A stretch of DNA of 62,585 nt, filler included, from Sphacelaria rigidula (Eukaryota), in assembly GCA_964200075.2 (NCBI GenBank). It is 9 parts of 9 records of this genome, joined end to end, with 100 filler letters (N's around TTAATTAATTAA, not from the genome) between each part and the next. Parts side by side here need not be neighbours in the genome. Positions count along the whole stretch, not along the records: positions 55,721 to 62,585 come from CAXNAA020017696.1; 8 more parts are not named here. The stretch is one strand, 5' to 3'. Made by a program: the position numbers and the translations under genes. Under the pieces are notes generated by a model that was not told the DNA's origin, did no database searches, and worked only from the letters and a program-made list of their open reading frames with translations. Shown here piece after piece: positions 62,350 through 62,585 of the stretch (position 1 is its first letter; every line of letters begins with the position of its first letter).

Positions 62350-62585
62350 TACCCTTTGCAGTATGTACAGGCAGCCAACTAAAAAATGGTGGATTTGCCG
62401 ACCCCGTGATGGCCAGTGGTGACAAAAAAGTAGTGGTGACGCACCCATGTGTAAAAGCCATGGCTGTATCTGAAAGTGGCGACACCAGAAAATAGAGCAA
62501 CTCATTGTAGAACAGCAAATTGTGAGAATTGAGGTTTAACTCTGAATTGAGGCTCAAGTGGGCAACCCAACTTGCGAACTTTTTG

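Overview
This window is not one contiguous locus. It is nine unrelated pieces of exactly 6,865 bp each, joined by artificial 100-bp linkers (N44-TTAATTAATTAA-N44). The DNA is eukaryotic, intron-rich and repeat-rich. A brown alga (Phaeophyceae) is the best guess, inferred from short GC-rich GT-AG exons in kb-scale introns and from the gene families present. Most ORFs in the supplied track are spurious, so genes were rebuilt from exons by hand. Reconstructed genes: (1) a 6-exon part of an ADP1-like ABCG transporter with a Cys-rich ectodomain; (2) the 3' exons of a 2OG-Fe(II) oxygenase-like gene; (3) the first exon of a KRE6/SKN1-family (GH16) glucan protein; (4) a 5-exon secreted protein; (5) two exon pairs from uncharacterised genes. 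The rest is largely small transposon derivatives: hAT-like MITEs with 8-bp TSDs, a ~100-bp TTAA piggyBac-type MITE (including a triple tandem array), TA-flanked Tc1/mariner-type MITEs, tRNA-headed repeats, a LINE RT fragment, a 470-bp spacerless palindrome and a probable decayed KDZ-type transposase. The most unusual observations are a ~1.1-kb mariner-type MITE family carrying a tRNA-like Pol III cassette at the same internal position in both copies, tRNA-headed repeats with T-runs right after the head, and the KDZ-like relic. No database searches were run; family calls rest on recalled motifs.
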